DNA of 64,000 bases from Phoronis australis (GCA_002633005.1 NMRA01000017.1:392260-456259), one strand, 5' to 3'. Positions 22,649 through 35,900 are shown, counted from the stretch's first letter. Numbers and translations: made by a program. Notes: a model not told the origin generated them from the letters alone.

Positions 22649-25600
22649 CGAAATATGCCGTATTTGCTCTGAGTGATGCTTTAACGAACGTTAGAAGAAG
22701 TATTTCTCGAAGACGCGCAAGAATATCGTGCTGAGTGTCTTGAAAGATGTTCCTACGTACTGTTGTGTTCTTTTCTATGGACACGAAGACAGCGGGTCGG
22801 TTTCTGATGTCACCGTCAGGAAGTCCTTGGCTGGGGATTGGTTGTAGTGCCACGCAGCCATCAGTGGCATATGATTTCAATCTAAGTAAATGTGCCCAGT
22901 CGTTGAAAATCATTACAAATCGCAAAACATATTTCTGACGAATAAGAGTTAAGATTATAAACGCTTCAATTGTATACAGCTCACTTCGTTTCCATGTTGA
23001 CCAAAGAGTCGTCTAATGACCTGAAGTGGAAGAGATTAAAATTTGTTGCACCTCAGGTGTACAGTACACAGTCTCCCTTCCTCGTGAAATAGCGTTTTCT
23101 TTGACATTGTTCTTTTATTCATTTGCTCGAAAACTAGCGACCAGTTCTTGTCATACGAGCTGTTGTTAGTTTTTCAACTGGAATTAAATTTCGTTTGGCT
23201 TCCCTTACTCAAGGAATGTCCGTTTGCTGAACTGTTTTTGAGCAGGCATTTCCTTTACTGACACGGTGATTTCTTGGGAGTACTTTTCAGTACTTATGAG
23301 TAGTAAGCCAATTCGTGGACGAGACTGTCTCGAAACCTGGTGAGTAACCGAACCCAGTAGCACGTAAAAAATAGAAAAATTGCGAAGAGTAATGAGAGCT
23401 AAAGGCCGCGTGCGTGCGTTGCGTGCGTGCGCGCGTGAAAAAAGAAGATTGACATCACGGCACAGGAACACTGAAAGCAGCGCTGTGACTGGACGTACAA
23501 CGGTAGCTTTGTATAACTTATTTGTTTTGATATGTTATGTTTATACGTAATGAAAACATTGTAATTTGTTCAAACTAATGTGTCACCGAAGGGGTGTTAA
23601 GAAACATACAACTACATTCACGTTGTTTGCAGTGCATCGCTTCGGCTTACTTTGACCACCGCTAAAAAGAACAGGGTTTCGGCGACCCGACTCATCGATC
23701 GAGATCTATCGTTCAAGAAAAATGGGTCCAACCTCACCAACCTATTCCTTGATTTTTTTTCAAAACCCACACAAACGCATGCAAGCATTGTTTGCACTAC
23801 AGACGCTCTAGATTGGCTTCGACGTCAGACTTAGCAGTGTGAAACACGTTAATTCAAGCAGATACAACTCAATCACTTATTAGCAACAATTATAACCAGA
23901 CTCTCGAACATTCAATGGCGCCAAATATAAGAAACATCATGTTGAGGAAGGAGATACAGATATGGACGCAAAAAAAAAACTAAATTGATACCACGAGGAA
24001 CCATGCACTGTAGTCTGAGCCGTCCGACAGAAAATCATCGTCAGCCGTCCTCTTCACAGTGTGCCGATACATAGAACAATTTTCATAGTCATACAGTGGT
24101 TTAGCTTATAGAGGGGAGGACGACGTTGCCTCATCGTTAGCGCCGTCTTGCCGAAAGCGGCCCAGGTGTCAACCACTCATAGCACAAAGGTAGATCCGCT
24201 TTTACATGTTCTTACCAGGAAGACACTTCATGCTCTTGCGCATGTCAACAGCAACCAGTTATGGAGAAAATTAACACAACTCGCACTACTCGTGATTTCA
24301 CATTTCCCCGTAATCATTCCGCACTGCCTTTTTGACACCCCTTAAGAATTAAAAAATTTACCTATAATTAACATATTATTTACATATGGGTGTGTGTAGC
24401 ATTGGTATACACTGGAAATACTTTAATAAGAGAAGTATTGATGAAGAAATGTATTGGCGGCGGCATTATTAGGTCAAATTTGTGGGGAGGGGGGCATTAA
24501 GTGTAGGAGAGCTGGATAAAGAATACGACAATAAAACATAGAATAACATGCATCATTTTATTAACATTACATCAGTACAAGACATAGCACAAATAAACAT
24601 CACACGTCTGTCCACGTTAAATATCTCTATTTTAATTTACAAAAAGTTCACAATAACATGGCTAGTGAAAATGAAGTCTGGCTGTATAAGAAAAGTTATC
24701 AACTTTAAATTAGTTTCAAAGTTTCGCCCTTCTAAAAACGTAGTGTCGCGCTTGCAGTAATACCTCCGGCCGTCTTAGCCGTACGACAGCACTAACGACA
24801 TTTGATAAAACGGTCTGAGAATCACACAAATGCTAATTATACCTTTCGAAGCTATTCATTTTTGACGAACACTAATCTTTAAAAGTTATATTGAGAGCTG
24901 CATCGGCGTGTCAAGAACGGTAACCTTCAGAGAACTAAATTGGCAGAGGTACTTCTCAAGCGAGAATTTAAGCGTTTTTATCTGATGTCACCAGCTTCGA
25001 TTTCACCAAATGCCTGGCAGTCAACAACGAGAATTGTCGATTTGTAATAAAATGATAAAATCACAACTTCAAGAAGTCCGTCCCATCAACCAATAAATCC
25101 CAAAATGTGTTTTTCGGCCGCAAGACCGTTTACGTCCTTTTAAGCCAAGTAAAACACACAACTTAGCTCCATTCAGACTACAATATACTTGTATACATCA
25201 GACTACAATATACCTGTATACAACCACATAAAACAAGAGGTGTAAACTTGGCCCCTTTTTGAAACTCGATTTTTGAGATCGTTTTAAAGGTAAATCACAG
25301 CGACAGCCGCTACCGTGTGAAAGGGTATGTCCCAAGGAGAGTACACATTTAAATTAAAACTCCAACCAAAAGCACCACAAGTAATGACACAACTACACTA
25401 TCACAAACCACACGGTCACAAACCACATTAAATATGCACTATAAATACATCATCAGACAAAGATATGACAGAGATAATTCCCTTAGGTACCAGCTAAAGT
25501 ATTTTGAAAAACACATTCCTGTACTTAGAAGACACACGAGCACATAACACACAATATATTGAGCAAATTTGCATCACAATACCAATTACCCGAGGCAGTA

Positions 25601-27033
25601 CGTTTATTTTATTGTTTTCCCTGGCTCTATAGGCCATTGAAAGGCTGCTTAGATACTTACCTTTTCCACTGTTCACTGCAGGGATGCTCTGATTGTTGCA
25701 ATATAATCTTAGTCAGCTTGCAAATAAACATTTTTTAGCCAATCACACACCATACTTTACGGTGTGTCGCAACTTATAAGGGGCAAATTACGCCAAACGT
25801 GTTCATGGATATCAGGCAAATAAAGATTAGTCTTTTTAGAAACGTTCAGATAGTTAAAACACTGAACCCAGCTAAACCAGTTGTATACCTATGCTTTCCA
25901 AACATTTCGTTCCGGCACGCAGCCCGGCCTCCAGAGAAGTTCCGTGGACATAGATACCAGCCCGTATCACTAGAACAATTGTTAAAGTCGGACATCTTCA
26001 TGTGAATAGTTGCCACCTACTGAGACGTGCCTATATATGCGACACACCAAAGCGTTAGTACCCGTAGTTCAAAGATATTTGCCTCAAGCCTGCAGCTGTG
26101 TTATGGTGTTCGATAAACAGTCCAGGTCAGTTCTTGTATTCGTTTTCATACACTTGTAACTTTTCTACGGAAAGTAAGGCTTCTGCTGTAAGAGGCCGTA
26201 ATCCACAATAATTTAAGAAGTGTTTTACGAAGGAGTAGTCGTTTGTGAGTGCCCAAGTGTCTAGACTCCGTTTTGTTTTGGCGTAAGCACACTGCAAGTG
26301 TGACGTCATAACATCGACAGTTTGGGAGCATTGGATGGTCTTTTAAAATGATATTTGACTTCACATTTGGTTTCGCAAATTCCGGGATTTTTGTTCAGTC
26401 AAATGTTAAGAGCTTAAAGTAACTCTGGATAAGAAGAAGCACCTTTACAAAATAATAACACACCCAAGTATCAACCATTCCCGAAACCGGAATTTGTTAC
26501 AATAATATAGACCAGATAAGTCCATTTTGCCTCGTGGACGACAATGGGAGATTTTGATGGTGTGTTGAGCCTAAAAATCAAGATGCTGGCCAGTCCTACA
26601 AAAATCGATCAGGTTTTGCAATGACTGCCTAATTCAAAATAATAATAATATTAATAATATCCTATCTTGGTTGCAGGGCTTTCACTTCCAACAACTAAAA
26701 AACAGTTAATTTGGCGTAACACGGGGCGTGCCTACCTCTGGAGTTCTATTTTTGAGGAACTGGACATTGATTAAAATATCCAAGGAAACAGAATATCACC
26801 ATCAAACTTCAACAAAGTGACAGCTCGGTGTGGGTTGCCAGATGTCCGTTCACTGTAGGTCATTAGATGGCTCCACTAGTCAAAATGCACATCCGCTCAG
26901 AGTTTCTTCCGTCGTTGATCACAGTTGATGTAAAAATGATCGAATTATCAGCCATTCTGGCTAAGAAAGCAGTGCTCCTAATATCGCCAGGTACAGTGCA
27001 AGACGTGGCAATTAGTCTTCGACAGTTTATACT

Positions 27034-30000
27034 TTAAACTTTTTCAATGTTGGCGAGTTGCCGGTTGTCATCCTCGAAATTAAGTTTGGCGGAGTCGTCT
27101 GCTCCTAAAGACACCTCCACCATCGCGCCACGTTCAGCAGACTCACCTTCACGTAAATTACGATCTAACACTTCGCTTCCAGCATATGGCAAGCCGGAGT
27201 TTCCTTCACCGGCGTCTTTTTTGAAATCCGATACGGCCGACTTATCCACAGTTGTATCTTCGTCCACCACGACGGTAGTATGACCAATATCATCAGATGC
27301 GATACTCTTCAAACCACTATCTAGCATCTGCCCTTCCACAGCCGGAGTATCAGATTTTTTACGGTCAGCCGTTTGTCCATTGTCATCCTCGACAACTGAA
27401 GTGGTGGAGTGATCTGCAGGTAAAGATTGTTCTGCCAAGGTATCCGCATTACCTTCATCATCAGCCGTGTTCTGTGAAGCACCAAGTGACATATCACCTA
27501 CTACAGCCGGTACGTCCGAATTTTTTTCCCCAGCAAGGGGTTCTTTGTCGTCCTTGGCAGCGACAACGGTGAAATTATCAGCAGATACAGATTCGTCCGC
27601 CACAACAAGGTCCGCACCTGCATCAGCACTAGCAGTCGTCTCGCTACCCACAGTTGGCGCGACAGAGTTTGCGTCACCAGTCGAATTGTCCATACTTACA
27701 ACTCCGTACTCCACAACTTCATCTTTATCACCAACCGCGATGTTTGTTGAATTGCGATCTAGCGTCTCGTCTTTCACAGCTTGAGGGCTCGAGCCCTTTC
27801 CATCGACTAGTTCCCTTTTGTCATCAGACAAGGTCAAGTTATCAGGAACTGAACTTTTGTCCACCATGGGAACTGGGTCACCTTCATCACCGGCGATGTT
27901 CCCTAAGGTACTGTCTGACACATTGCCTTCCACACTTGACATATTCGAACACTCTTCCTCAACAAATTGCCGTTTCTCACCATTGGATTCGAGCTCACTC
28001 GAGGTATCTGCCACAGATTCGTCTACTACAATGGACGTATTATTAATTTGTACAGTGGCGATGTTACCTGGAGCGGGACCTGGTATTTCACTTTCCACAA
28101 CCAAATCATCTAAATGTTCCCGTTCTCCTTCGAGAGATTGTGATTCTTCGCCAACAATGGATACAGTATTAGGACTTTCTGGACCTTTTTCAACACTTCC
28201 AGAAATGTGCATATTGTCAGGATCATGAAGAACTTTAATTTCATTGTTGCTGACTAGAACCTTTTCGAGATCAGGAGCTTTATCTTCGCATCGTTCTGAA
28301 GCATTATTAGGTTGGTCGTCGTCTACCTGTATTTCTCTTTTAGGATCTACCTCGTCACGTTTTGTGTCATCATACGTATCCTCATTAACAGACGTGGGTT
28401 GAACAGGCTGGTCACTTTCGTCGGCCATTCCATGACCTGCTTTAGCTTCAACTTTCATCTTCTTACTGTTATGCTCTTCATCATTCGTTGCAAATGCTTC
28501 AGCCATGACGCCCACTGCGGCACCTTTATCGATACCTGCGACGTTCTTTGAACTGCCATCTAACGTCACACCTTCCCCAGTTTGTGCCTTCGAGTCCTCT
28601 CCGTCGATTAGTTTCCGTTTGTCGTCATTGGCCTCGAGCACGGTCGAATTATTCAGAACTACAATTTCACCCACCACGGCGACTGGGTCACTTTTATCAC
28701 CAGCGATGTTCTGTAAGGCACCATCTGAAACTTTGTCTTTCACAGGTGACAGGTTACTTTCTTCAGCAACTTGCAGTTTATCATCCTTGGCTTCGAGCCC
28801 AGTTGAAGTATCTGGAGCCATGGATTCACATACCGCAACGGACATATCGTTGATTTCTTCAGTGACGATGTTACCTGAAGCAGGACCTGTAGATTCGCTT
28901 TCCACAACCGAATGAATCGAATTTTCCCTTTCCCTTTCGAGAGATTGTGATTCGCCTGCCACAGATACTGTACTAGGGCTTTCTGGGCCCTTCTCAACAT
29001 TTCCAGAAACCTGCAAGTTGCCGCCATTATTAAGAACTTCGTTTTCATTGTTGTTTGATACGATCTTTTGGAGACCAGGAGCCAAAGCGTTACCGCCTTC
29101 TAAAACATTAGTTTGTGGGTTCTCAACTTGTATTTCTAATTGAGGACCAACCTTGTCACGTGCTGAGTCATCATGTGTTTCGTCATTAACGTTCGTGTGT
29201 TCTACAGAAAGGTCACGTGCATTGGCGTCTACATCCATCTTCTCTTTGTTAGGCTCTTCATTTGTCGAAAACACTTCACCAGACTCGTTCTGGGAAACAA
29301 TACTGACCATGTTTTCAATAGCATCTTTCTCACCTTCGGAAAATGGTTCATCAACGCGCGGTTTACTATTATTATCACCATTTCGAGACGCATTCTCAAG
29401 ACTAATAGTAGACGGTGTTAAGTCAACAGTGTGGTTTTTGACTGCTGGTTTGGATTCAGGATGTGCAGTGTTGCTTTCAAGTCCTTCACCTTTGCCTTCA
29501 TTATTTACAGTGGAGATGGGTGTTGAACTTTCATCTTTCAACCTTTCATTCCCAAGGTCATCAGAATTTTTTTGGTCAGCACTAGCGACAGTTTTTTCGT
29601 TGTGCATATTCTTTAACTGAACAGATGCGGTGTTTCTCTCATCTGTCGCTGCTGAATCCTCTCCTATTGTGCCGTCGACAGCATCAGTTGACAAAGTATT
29701 CATGTGAATTACTTCTTTTTCACTTCTGTTGACGTTTGGTGGAATGGTAACAACATTCGGGTCTTCAACAGAAGTTGCTACAAAGTTGATATCAGGGGTA
29801 ACTGCAGAAGGTTGGTCATCATTATGAGTTCCGTCTTTGAGTATATTAGGCTCACTTTCAACATGGTTCTCCTCATGAATGCAATGTTCGGATAAAAAAT
29901 CCCCGCCAGTTAAGTCAACAGTTTGTTTATCCTCACTTAGTACGGGAGTTTCATCTGCTGGATTGCTTTCACATCCAACAGAACTGGAATGCGACACTGT

Positions 30001-32937
30001 TAGTTTGGCCCCCATTCCATCCTCACCATCTTTTTTGGAAGCATCTCTACTGTCTTCATTTGTAGCCGCAGGGTCTGCATCACCATTTTCTTTAATGTTA
30101 TCTTTATCAGCTTTTGTTTCTGAGCAACTAGTATCAAAGGACCCATTTATAATCGTTATCCCCCCAGCAACTACCTTATCTTGGCATTTGACATTGTCAT
30201 CAGCGTCTGTCTTGAAAGGAACATTCATAAAAATTGAAATACCAGCATTTAGATTACTGCTTTGCATGTCTCGTGTTTCTAGTAGAACTTCTTTAGCATT
30301 TGTGTTGCAGCCATGCTCAGTAGTTTCCTCTATTTTGGTACCAGCTTTGATATTGTCGGCATTGTTCATCTTCATCATTTCAACCGGAGTGTTATCTTCT
30401 TGGTTTCGAGACTTATCACCTTCCTGCACCACACTAGGAAGTTCTTCCAAGACACTGTTACTTTCTGAATGTTCCCCCAAAGCATATGTATCAACAACAT
30501 TATGTTCCCGAGACACACCTTCACTCTCTGGTTTCATATCTGAAGATTCTTCAGGACTCTTTGCTCGGCTTGGCAATGACAAACAATCATCTGACAGCTT
30601 TTCTTCATCAACATCGTCTTGTTTCATATCTGGCAATTCCAAATTAGTTTTGGCTGTAACATTTGTGCTTGAGCAGTCTCCGTCACAAATTAATAACGAT
30701 GACACGTTATTTGCATCGACTTCAACAGGTTTTTCATCCTCAGCTGAAGGACTTCTTTCCTCCACTTCACAGACACCCTCTTCTTTAGGCACATGGTTAA
30801 TTTCATCTACAGAAACTGAAGTAATATCTTCCCCCTCGTATTTTTGACCAACTGTAGCTTGTGTTTTTTCATCCTGAGATAAATCATGTTTCTTTTCACC
30901 ATTACCATCAGGTTGTGCTGGTTTGGTATCATTATGTTCTGCATCTAAGTGGGTGCTTTGGCTAATGTTCTCACCTTTGTACTTTGGCATGTCTACCATT
31001 GTTTGTTCCTTAGTCAAACTTTCATTACTGGATTCTTCCTTGGCAGGTGGCATGTTTCCATTCTCTTTTAAGCTGCTCTCTCTACTGCCGCCTCTGTCTT
31101 GGACACCAACTTCATCTTGGCATTGCCCATCAGTGACCAAAGGGACTGTGCTGGCTGCCTTGTTATCAGATTTGTCTTCAATAGGTATGCTGTTTGACTT
31201 ATTGGATGCAGTCTTCCCATTACTGTGATTTGGAGAATCAGTTGTAGTTATGCATCCATTTTCTTGGTCTACTTCTGCAGGACCTGTTAAATATTTTCCC
31301 ATTTGTGACTGTGGTCTACACGAGCCTGATGAAGCAGACGAGCTGATACTACTTTTAGAAGATTTTCTTTCTTTTCGTCGTTTTTCTTTGTGCTCTGAAG
31401 ATAACACTTTTACTCTAGGATCTCCTGAGTTGATATCAGCGTCATTCAAGTCATTGTTGTTTTCCGAGCCAAAATCAGAATTTGAGTTCAACCTAGCTCT
31501 TGAAGACTTCCTTTCCGATCTATGGGACATAACTTCACTGCCATCTATTCTTGATTCAGGTCTGCTCAAATCACTGCCTACACTTGATTTAGACAATCTT
31601 TTACCATTTTTCACTTCAGTTCCTTCGATTTCAAGTGTGGATGACTTTGTGTTGTGCTTGCTCTTGTCTCGTTTGCCACTAGATCTTGACGTTGGGACTG
31701 TGTCAAGTTTTGGCAATGTCCGACCAGATCTTTCTGAAACATTTTCATCTCGCTTACTACTAATATGTTCTACTTCATGTGGCTTGCTTATAGATGTTCC
31801 ATGTCTGTCCTGAGCAAATGTATCTGATGAAGAGCTTCCATCAGCAGTGTTGCAGAATGAAGGAGATCCAGTCTTTAGCTCTTTAACTTGTCCTTCACTC
31901 TTTTTACTAGATGTGTCTGCCTCAGGACATAGGCTATGTTCCTTCTTCTTATTGCTCCTTACCTTCACTTTAGTCTCTCCTTCATTGTTTGGAGGTAATT
32001 GTTCCATGTGAACACCACCGGACTCTTGTTTGTGTCTCAGATTTTTGCTTCTTGAGGACTTTTTCCGCTTCGCTGGGGATTTCTCTGAATGCGTTGAAGA
32101 TGAGTTTGAAAGTTTGTCAATTGACTTCGAGGTCTCACTAGAGCTATCAACAACTGTATATGATTTGTCATCAAAGACAGTGTCATTAAATTTTTCTGCT
32201 TTAGAATTTTTAAGGGGTTCATGTTTGTTTTGGGACTCCAAAGAGCAAATCGATGGTCGGAGATTGTCGTCTGTCTTTCTGAGGTTGGAATCATTCTTAT
32301 TGAGATCTGATGACAAGCGCCTAGACGGACGAGTCCCTCTTTTGTTAGTACCCGGTGAGCCTTCTTCAGCTACAGTGACGTCAGACAGTGGTTCTATACA
32401 TTTGTCTTTAGTTGGCAAATTGTCATCATCATTACTTTCAGAGTGAACTGAAGCAGAAGCGCTTGGACTATCATCTTCTTGAGGTTCTGGCTCATGCATT
32501 CTTTGAACGTCAGTATCCGAAAGACTTTCAGAAGAAGTTGCACTACTTAAGGTCACATAGTCTTTTGTAACTTGAGCAATTTCTAAATCTTCTTCTTCCT
32601 CAAAGTCATCACTTTCATAAACATAATGTTCTTCGCTAACATCAACTCTGTCCTGCCCAACCTCGTTCTCATGTACAGAATTTTTTTCACTTTCGTCACT
32701 ACTATACCTGTAGGACTTCACACTCCTCCGTTCACTGTGATTGGAGACACAGCTGGGAGGTCGTGGACTATGCATTCTCTGATCAATGACTGAAGGTTGT
32801 GACTGATGTGTAGGCGGAGTTATTTTTCTATGGTGTGACTTGGAAGAAGGGAAACTGGAGTGAACATCGTAGCTTGGCCTCCTGTTTTTGTCTCCAATCT
32901 GAGGTAGGTCAGATTCACTACGTACTTGCTTAGTAGG
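27034..32937 (-). CDS. Giant 5.9-kb terminal exon (S/K/R-rich, then D/E-rich, internally repeated)
   Basis: Uninterrupted 1979-codon ORF; acceptor ttctcttttttgcag|CCT at 32937, phase 0. Confidence 0.92.
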   Translation of the reverse strand, partial: PTKQVRSESDLPQIGDKNRRPSYDVHSSFPSSKSHHRKITPPTHQSQPSVIDQRMHSPRPPSCVSNHSERRSVKSYRYSSDESEKNSVHENEVGQDRVDVSEEHYVYESDDFEEEEDLEIAQVTKDYVTLSSATSSESLSDTDVQRMHEPEPQEDDSPSASASVHSESNDDDNLPTKDKCIEPLSDVTVAEEGSPGTNKRGTRPSRRLSSDLNKNDSNLRKTDDNLRPSICSLESQNKHEPLKNSKAEKFNDTVFDDKSYTVVDSSSETSKSIDKLSNSSSTHSEKSPAKRKKSSRSKNLRHKQESGGVHMEQLPPNNEGETKVKVRSNKKKEHSLCPEADTSSKKSEGQVKELKTGSPSFCNTADGSSSSDTFAQDRHGTSISKPHEVEHISSKRDENVSERSGRTLPKLDTVPTSRSSGKRDKSKHNTKSSTLEIEGTEVKNGKRLSKSSVGSDLSRPESRIDGSEVMSHRSERKSSRARLNSNSDFGSENNNDLNDADINSGDPRVKVLSSEHKEKRRKERKSSKSSISSSASSGSCRPQSQMGKYLTGPAEVDQENGCITTTDSPNHSNGKTASNKSNSIPIEDKSDNKAASTVPLVTDGQCQDEVGVQDRGGSRESSLKENGNMPPAKEESSNESLTKEQTMVDMPKYKGENISQSTHLDAEHNDTKPAQPDGNGEKKHDLSQDEKTQATVGQKYEGEDITSVSVDEINHVPKEEGVCEVEERSPSAEDEKPVEVDANNVSSLLICDGDCSSTNVTAKTNLELPDMKQDDVDEEKLSDDCLSLPSRAKSPEESSDMKPESEGVSREHNVVDTYALGEHSESNSVLEELPSVVQEGDKSRNQEDNTPVEMMKMNNADNIKAGTKIEETTEHGCNTNAKEVLLETRDMQSSNLNAGISIFMNVPFKTDADDNVKCQDKVVAGGITIINGSFDTSCSETKADKDNIKENGDADPAATNEDSRDASKKDGEDGMGAKLTVSHSSSVGCESNPADETPVLSEDKQTVDLTGGDFLSEHCIHEENHVESEPNILKDGTHNDDQPSAVTPDINFVATSVEDPNVVTIPPNVNRSEKEVIHMNTLSTDAVDGTIGEDSAATDERNTASVQLKNMHNEKTVASADQKNSDDLGNERLKDESSTPISTVNNEGKGEGLESNTAHPESKPAVKNHTVDLTPSTISLENASRNGDNNSKPRVDEPFSEGEKDAIENMVSIVSQNESGEVFSTNEEPNKEKMDVDANARDLSVEHTNVNDETHDDSARDKVGPQLEIQVENPQTNVLEGGNALAPGLQKIVSNNNENEVLNNGGNLQVSGNVEKGPESPSTVSVAGESQSLERERENSIHSVVESESTGPASGNIVTEEINDMSVAVCESMAPDTSTGLEAKDDKLQVAEESNLSPVKDKVSDGALQNIAGDKSDPVAVVGEIVVLNNSTVLEANDDKRKLIDGEDSKAQTGEGVTLDGSSKNVAGIDKGAAVGVMAEAFATNDEEHNSKKMKVEAKAGHGMADESDQPVQPTSVNEDTYDDTKRDEVDPKREIQVDDDQPNNASERCEDKAPDLEKVLVSNNEIKVLHDPDNMHISGSVEKGPESPNTVSIVGEESQSLEGEREHLDDLVVESEIPGPAPGNIATVQINNTSIVVDESVADTSSELESNGEKRQFVEEECSNMSSVEGNVSDSTLGNIAGDEGDPVPMVDKSSVPDNLTLSDDKRELVDGKGSSPQAVKDETLDRNSTNIAVGDKDEVVEYGVVSMDNSTGDANSVAPTVGSETTASADAGADLVVADESVSADNFTVVAAKDDKEPLAGEKNSDVPAVVGDMSLGASQNTADDEGNADTLAEQSLPADHSTTSVVEDDNGQTADRKKSDTPAVEGQMLDSGLKSIASDDIGHTTVVVDEDTTVDKSAVSDFKKDAGEGNSGLPYAGSEVLDRNLREGESAERGAMVEVSLGADDSAKLNFEDDNRQLANIEKV

Positions 32938-35900
32938 CTGCAAAAAAGAGAATTCTCTTATTAGAACTCTCATAAGTGAATATAGAGATGGGTGACAAGG
33001 TTATTGAAAACAAGTAGCCATACAGTAGATCGTAGTGCTACTTTTTACCAATGAGTTTTAGCCATTTAGAATAGCACCAAACGTATTGTAAATCCTCCGG
33101 AGGCTCAGCATAAATAAACTTTGCCTAAAACAAGGCAATTGCTGCCATTGTGAATATCTATCAAGAACTTTGGTAGATATTGAGCGAAAAAAAATCCTAA
33201 ATTGCCACTAAGGGGTGCCACAGTAGTTGGACTAATCCCATCAGATGTACTCTCCTCACTCAAAGAAAAGACCCGCAAAGAACTTGGTAGATATTGAGGC
33301 AAAAGCCAAAAGTGTCCGTAGAAGGGCTGCCAAAATACTAATGGATATTACGAATAAGAATACAGCATTGAACTTAATAACATACCCCAGAAAGTCTGAT
33401 CAACCTTTGTGCCTCTCTAGTATTCCCAGTGTGAAGACCTTCACTAAGGTAATACTGAACATAGTGCTCTGTATGTAAGAATGCACCGACGTGACGAGAG
33501 TAGTTTTGGACTTTGCCATAAGAGGGCAGATTGCGAATCTTTGTGTGAGGTCTGTAGCGATGAATAGCATGCAACTTTTTAACTGGATGGTCCTCCTGCA
33601 AAAGCAAATACGTGTAGAAATAAGTTATAAGTGACGTTGAATGTTATATTTTACGTTGACAAGTATCTGCCAGTCATCTTAACTACAAAACTAATTAATA
33701 AGTGCTTCCAAGTGTTTTGAAATTAAAATTACATTTAACGGTTTTGCGATGATTAAGAACAAAAAGTTTATAGATGTTGAATTGGAAGATTCCACAATAT
33801 TGTCACAGCATCAAGAACATATTTGAAGGGCCAACAACAAATGTGTGAAGAAAGAAAATGATTTAATTTGATAAAAATCAATAAATATGGCACTTGAATA
33901 GTAAAGCATAAAACTGAAATAGTACCGTATGCTTAGAAATGAGTCAAAGTTCTTCATCATTAACCATGTAGAAAACACTCAGTGAGCAACTAAATGTATA
34001 ATTAACCTGTTAAAACCTGTTGAACACTTGTTTTTTAACATTTTTAATAGGTTCTGAATTGTTTGGAATTGAAACTAGACATTATTTTACAAATTTTCAC
34101 AAAGTTTGACTTTTAGCGCAAACAAGTTGGGAGTCATTACTATTTGTTTACCAATGTTTTAGACTTTTCGGGAACACTGACTAATTGTTAGAAAATCTAA
34201 GGACATGCGGCTTTGGGTTATTTTTGTGCCCAGACAAAAGGTCATGATTTGTTTCGATGTAACATGTAAAGAATGAATTAAATTTGAATTTTAAGAATTG
34301 TAGTTACCAAAGTCGAGTTCAACATATCTGCAATATAACTTTTAAGAGTTAAAAATCTTTCTAACCTTCATCAAACCTTCAAAATACATTTCCAAGTTTG
34401 TTTTATATTGGAAGTGTTGCAAAATGCTTTAAGTGATTTGAAGGTTATGGGGGCCAGGACAGATCGCCTTGACATGCACCATGGGGGGGGGGGTAAAGCT
34501 GAATACTGCAGCTTTATCTGGATATACTACTGTGCATTAATAGGGGTCAGTTGAGGAATAAGCGATGTTTAAACTGAAACAACTCAATAAAATCAAAGGT
34601 GCATTGCACTAACCATATTGTTTACCTGACAATCGTCATTCCTGGGTAGCATATAAAAGAAAAGATATGATTTATATATCTCATTCATAACAAAGTCTTG
34701 TACCTGGTATGTTTACACTTGAACTTCTCTACTTTATACTTATGTACTACATATGCAGGTAATTTAGGCACATGCACCTACCTGTGAACCATTTGAGAAA
34801 AACATGCATCAAAGTGATCTTCTGGATATAGGTGTATGACCATTTATTATTTTAAAAACAATTATTAGGACTTTGGTGACAGGCTTTCATAACACGGCAA
34901 GAATGTTGGATACACAGGTATCTATCAGTTTGCAACTCAACTTCATTTTAAGTAGTGCTTGTTTATCAATTGAAAACTATTGGCACTGTTGACAGAATAC
35001 TGCCTGTGAACAGATAGTCATAAGTTTATCTCCTGGTTAACCATGGATCATCACAGTCAAAGAGATTAGTAGCAGTGATTTTGTTGNGGTAGCATATAAA
35101 AGAAAAGATATGATTATATCTCATTCATAACAAAGTCTTGTACCTGGTATGTTTACACTTGAACTTCTCTACTTTATACTTATGTACTATATATGCAGGT
35201 AATTTAGGCACACATGCCTATAATTGAAACTGCGCCTCTATCCTGAATTAGGTGCATGCACCTACCTGTGAACCATTTGAGAAAAACATGCATCAAAGTG
35301 ATCTTCTGGATATAGGTGTATGACCATTTATTATTTTAAAAACAATTATTAGGACTTTGGTGACAGGCTTTCATAACACGGCAAGAATGTTGGATACACA
35401 GGTATCTATCAGTTTGCAACTCAACTTCATTTTAAGTAGTGCTTGTTTATCAATTGAAAACTATTGGCACTGTTGACAGAATACTGCCTGTGAACAGATA
35501 GTCATAAGTTTATCTCCTGGTTAACCATGGATCATCACAGTCAAAGAGATTAGTAGCAGTGATTTTGTTGTAGAAGCAGACATACAGGTATGTGCCTCAA
35601 ATACAAATGAGTTCAGATCATCATGAGGAACCCAGTACAGGTAAAAATTGACCGTGGGATGATGATCGCCCCCGGTTTGGAGTTTAATGGGAACACAACA
35701 GTCTTTTGAATTCAATTCAGCTGCTTGGGCTGCTTGGTCACCTATGAAATCCTTTATGACATTTCATTATGTCATAAACCTATGTGCCCCTTCACTGTTG
35801 GCAGCCCAGCCCCAAGGGCTATCTATAGTGTTGGCAAGGAATGGGGTAATTGAAATTTTGATTTGATTTATTGTGATATTTAAACTGAGGGTGGCCTCAT

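Noticed and set aside
22620-22938. ORFs 22620..22925 (-) and 22747..22938 (+) as a separate gene
   Set aside because: Better explained as 3' UTR of the distal KChIP exon; no motif recognised.
27047-32446. Many plus-strand ORFs up to 322 aa
   Set aside because: Antisense shadows of the D/E/S-rich giant exon with Ser/Leu-rich mirror composition.
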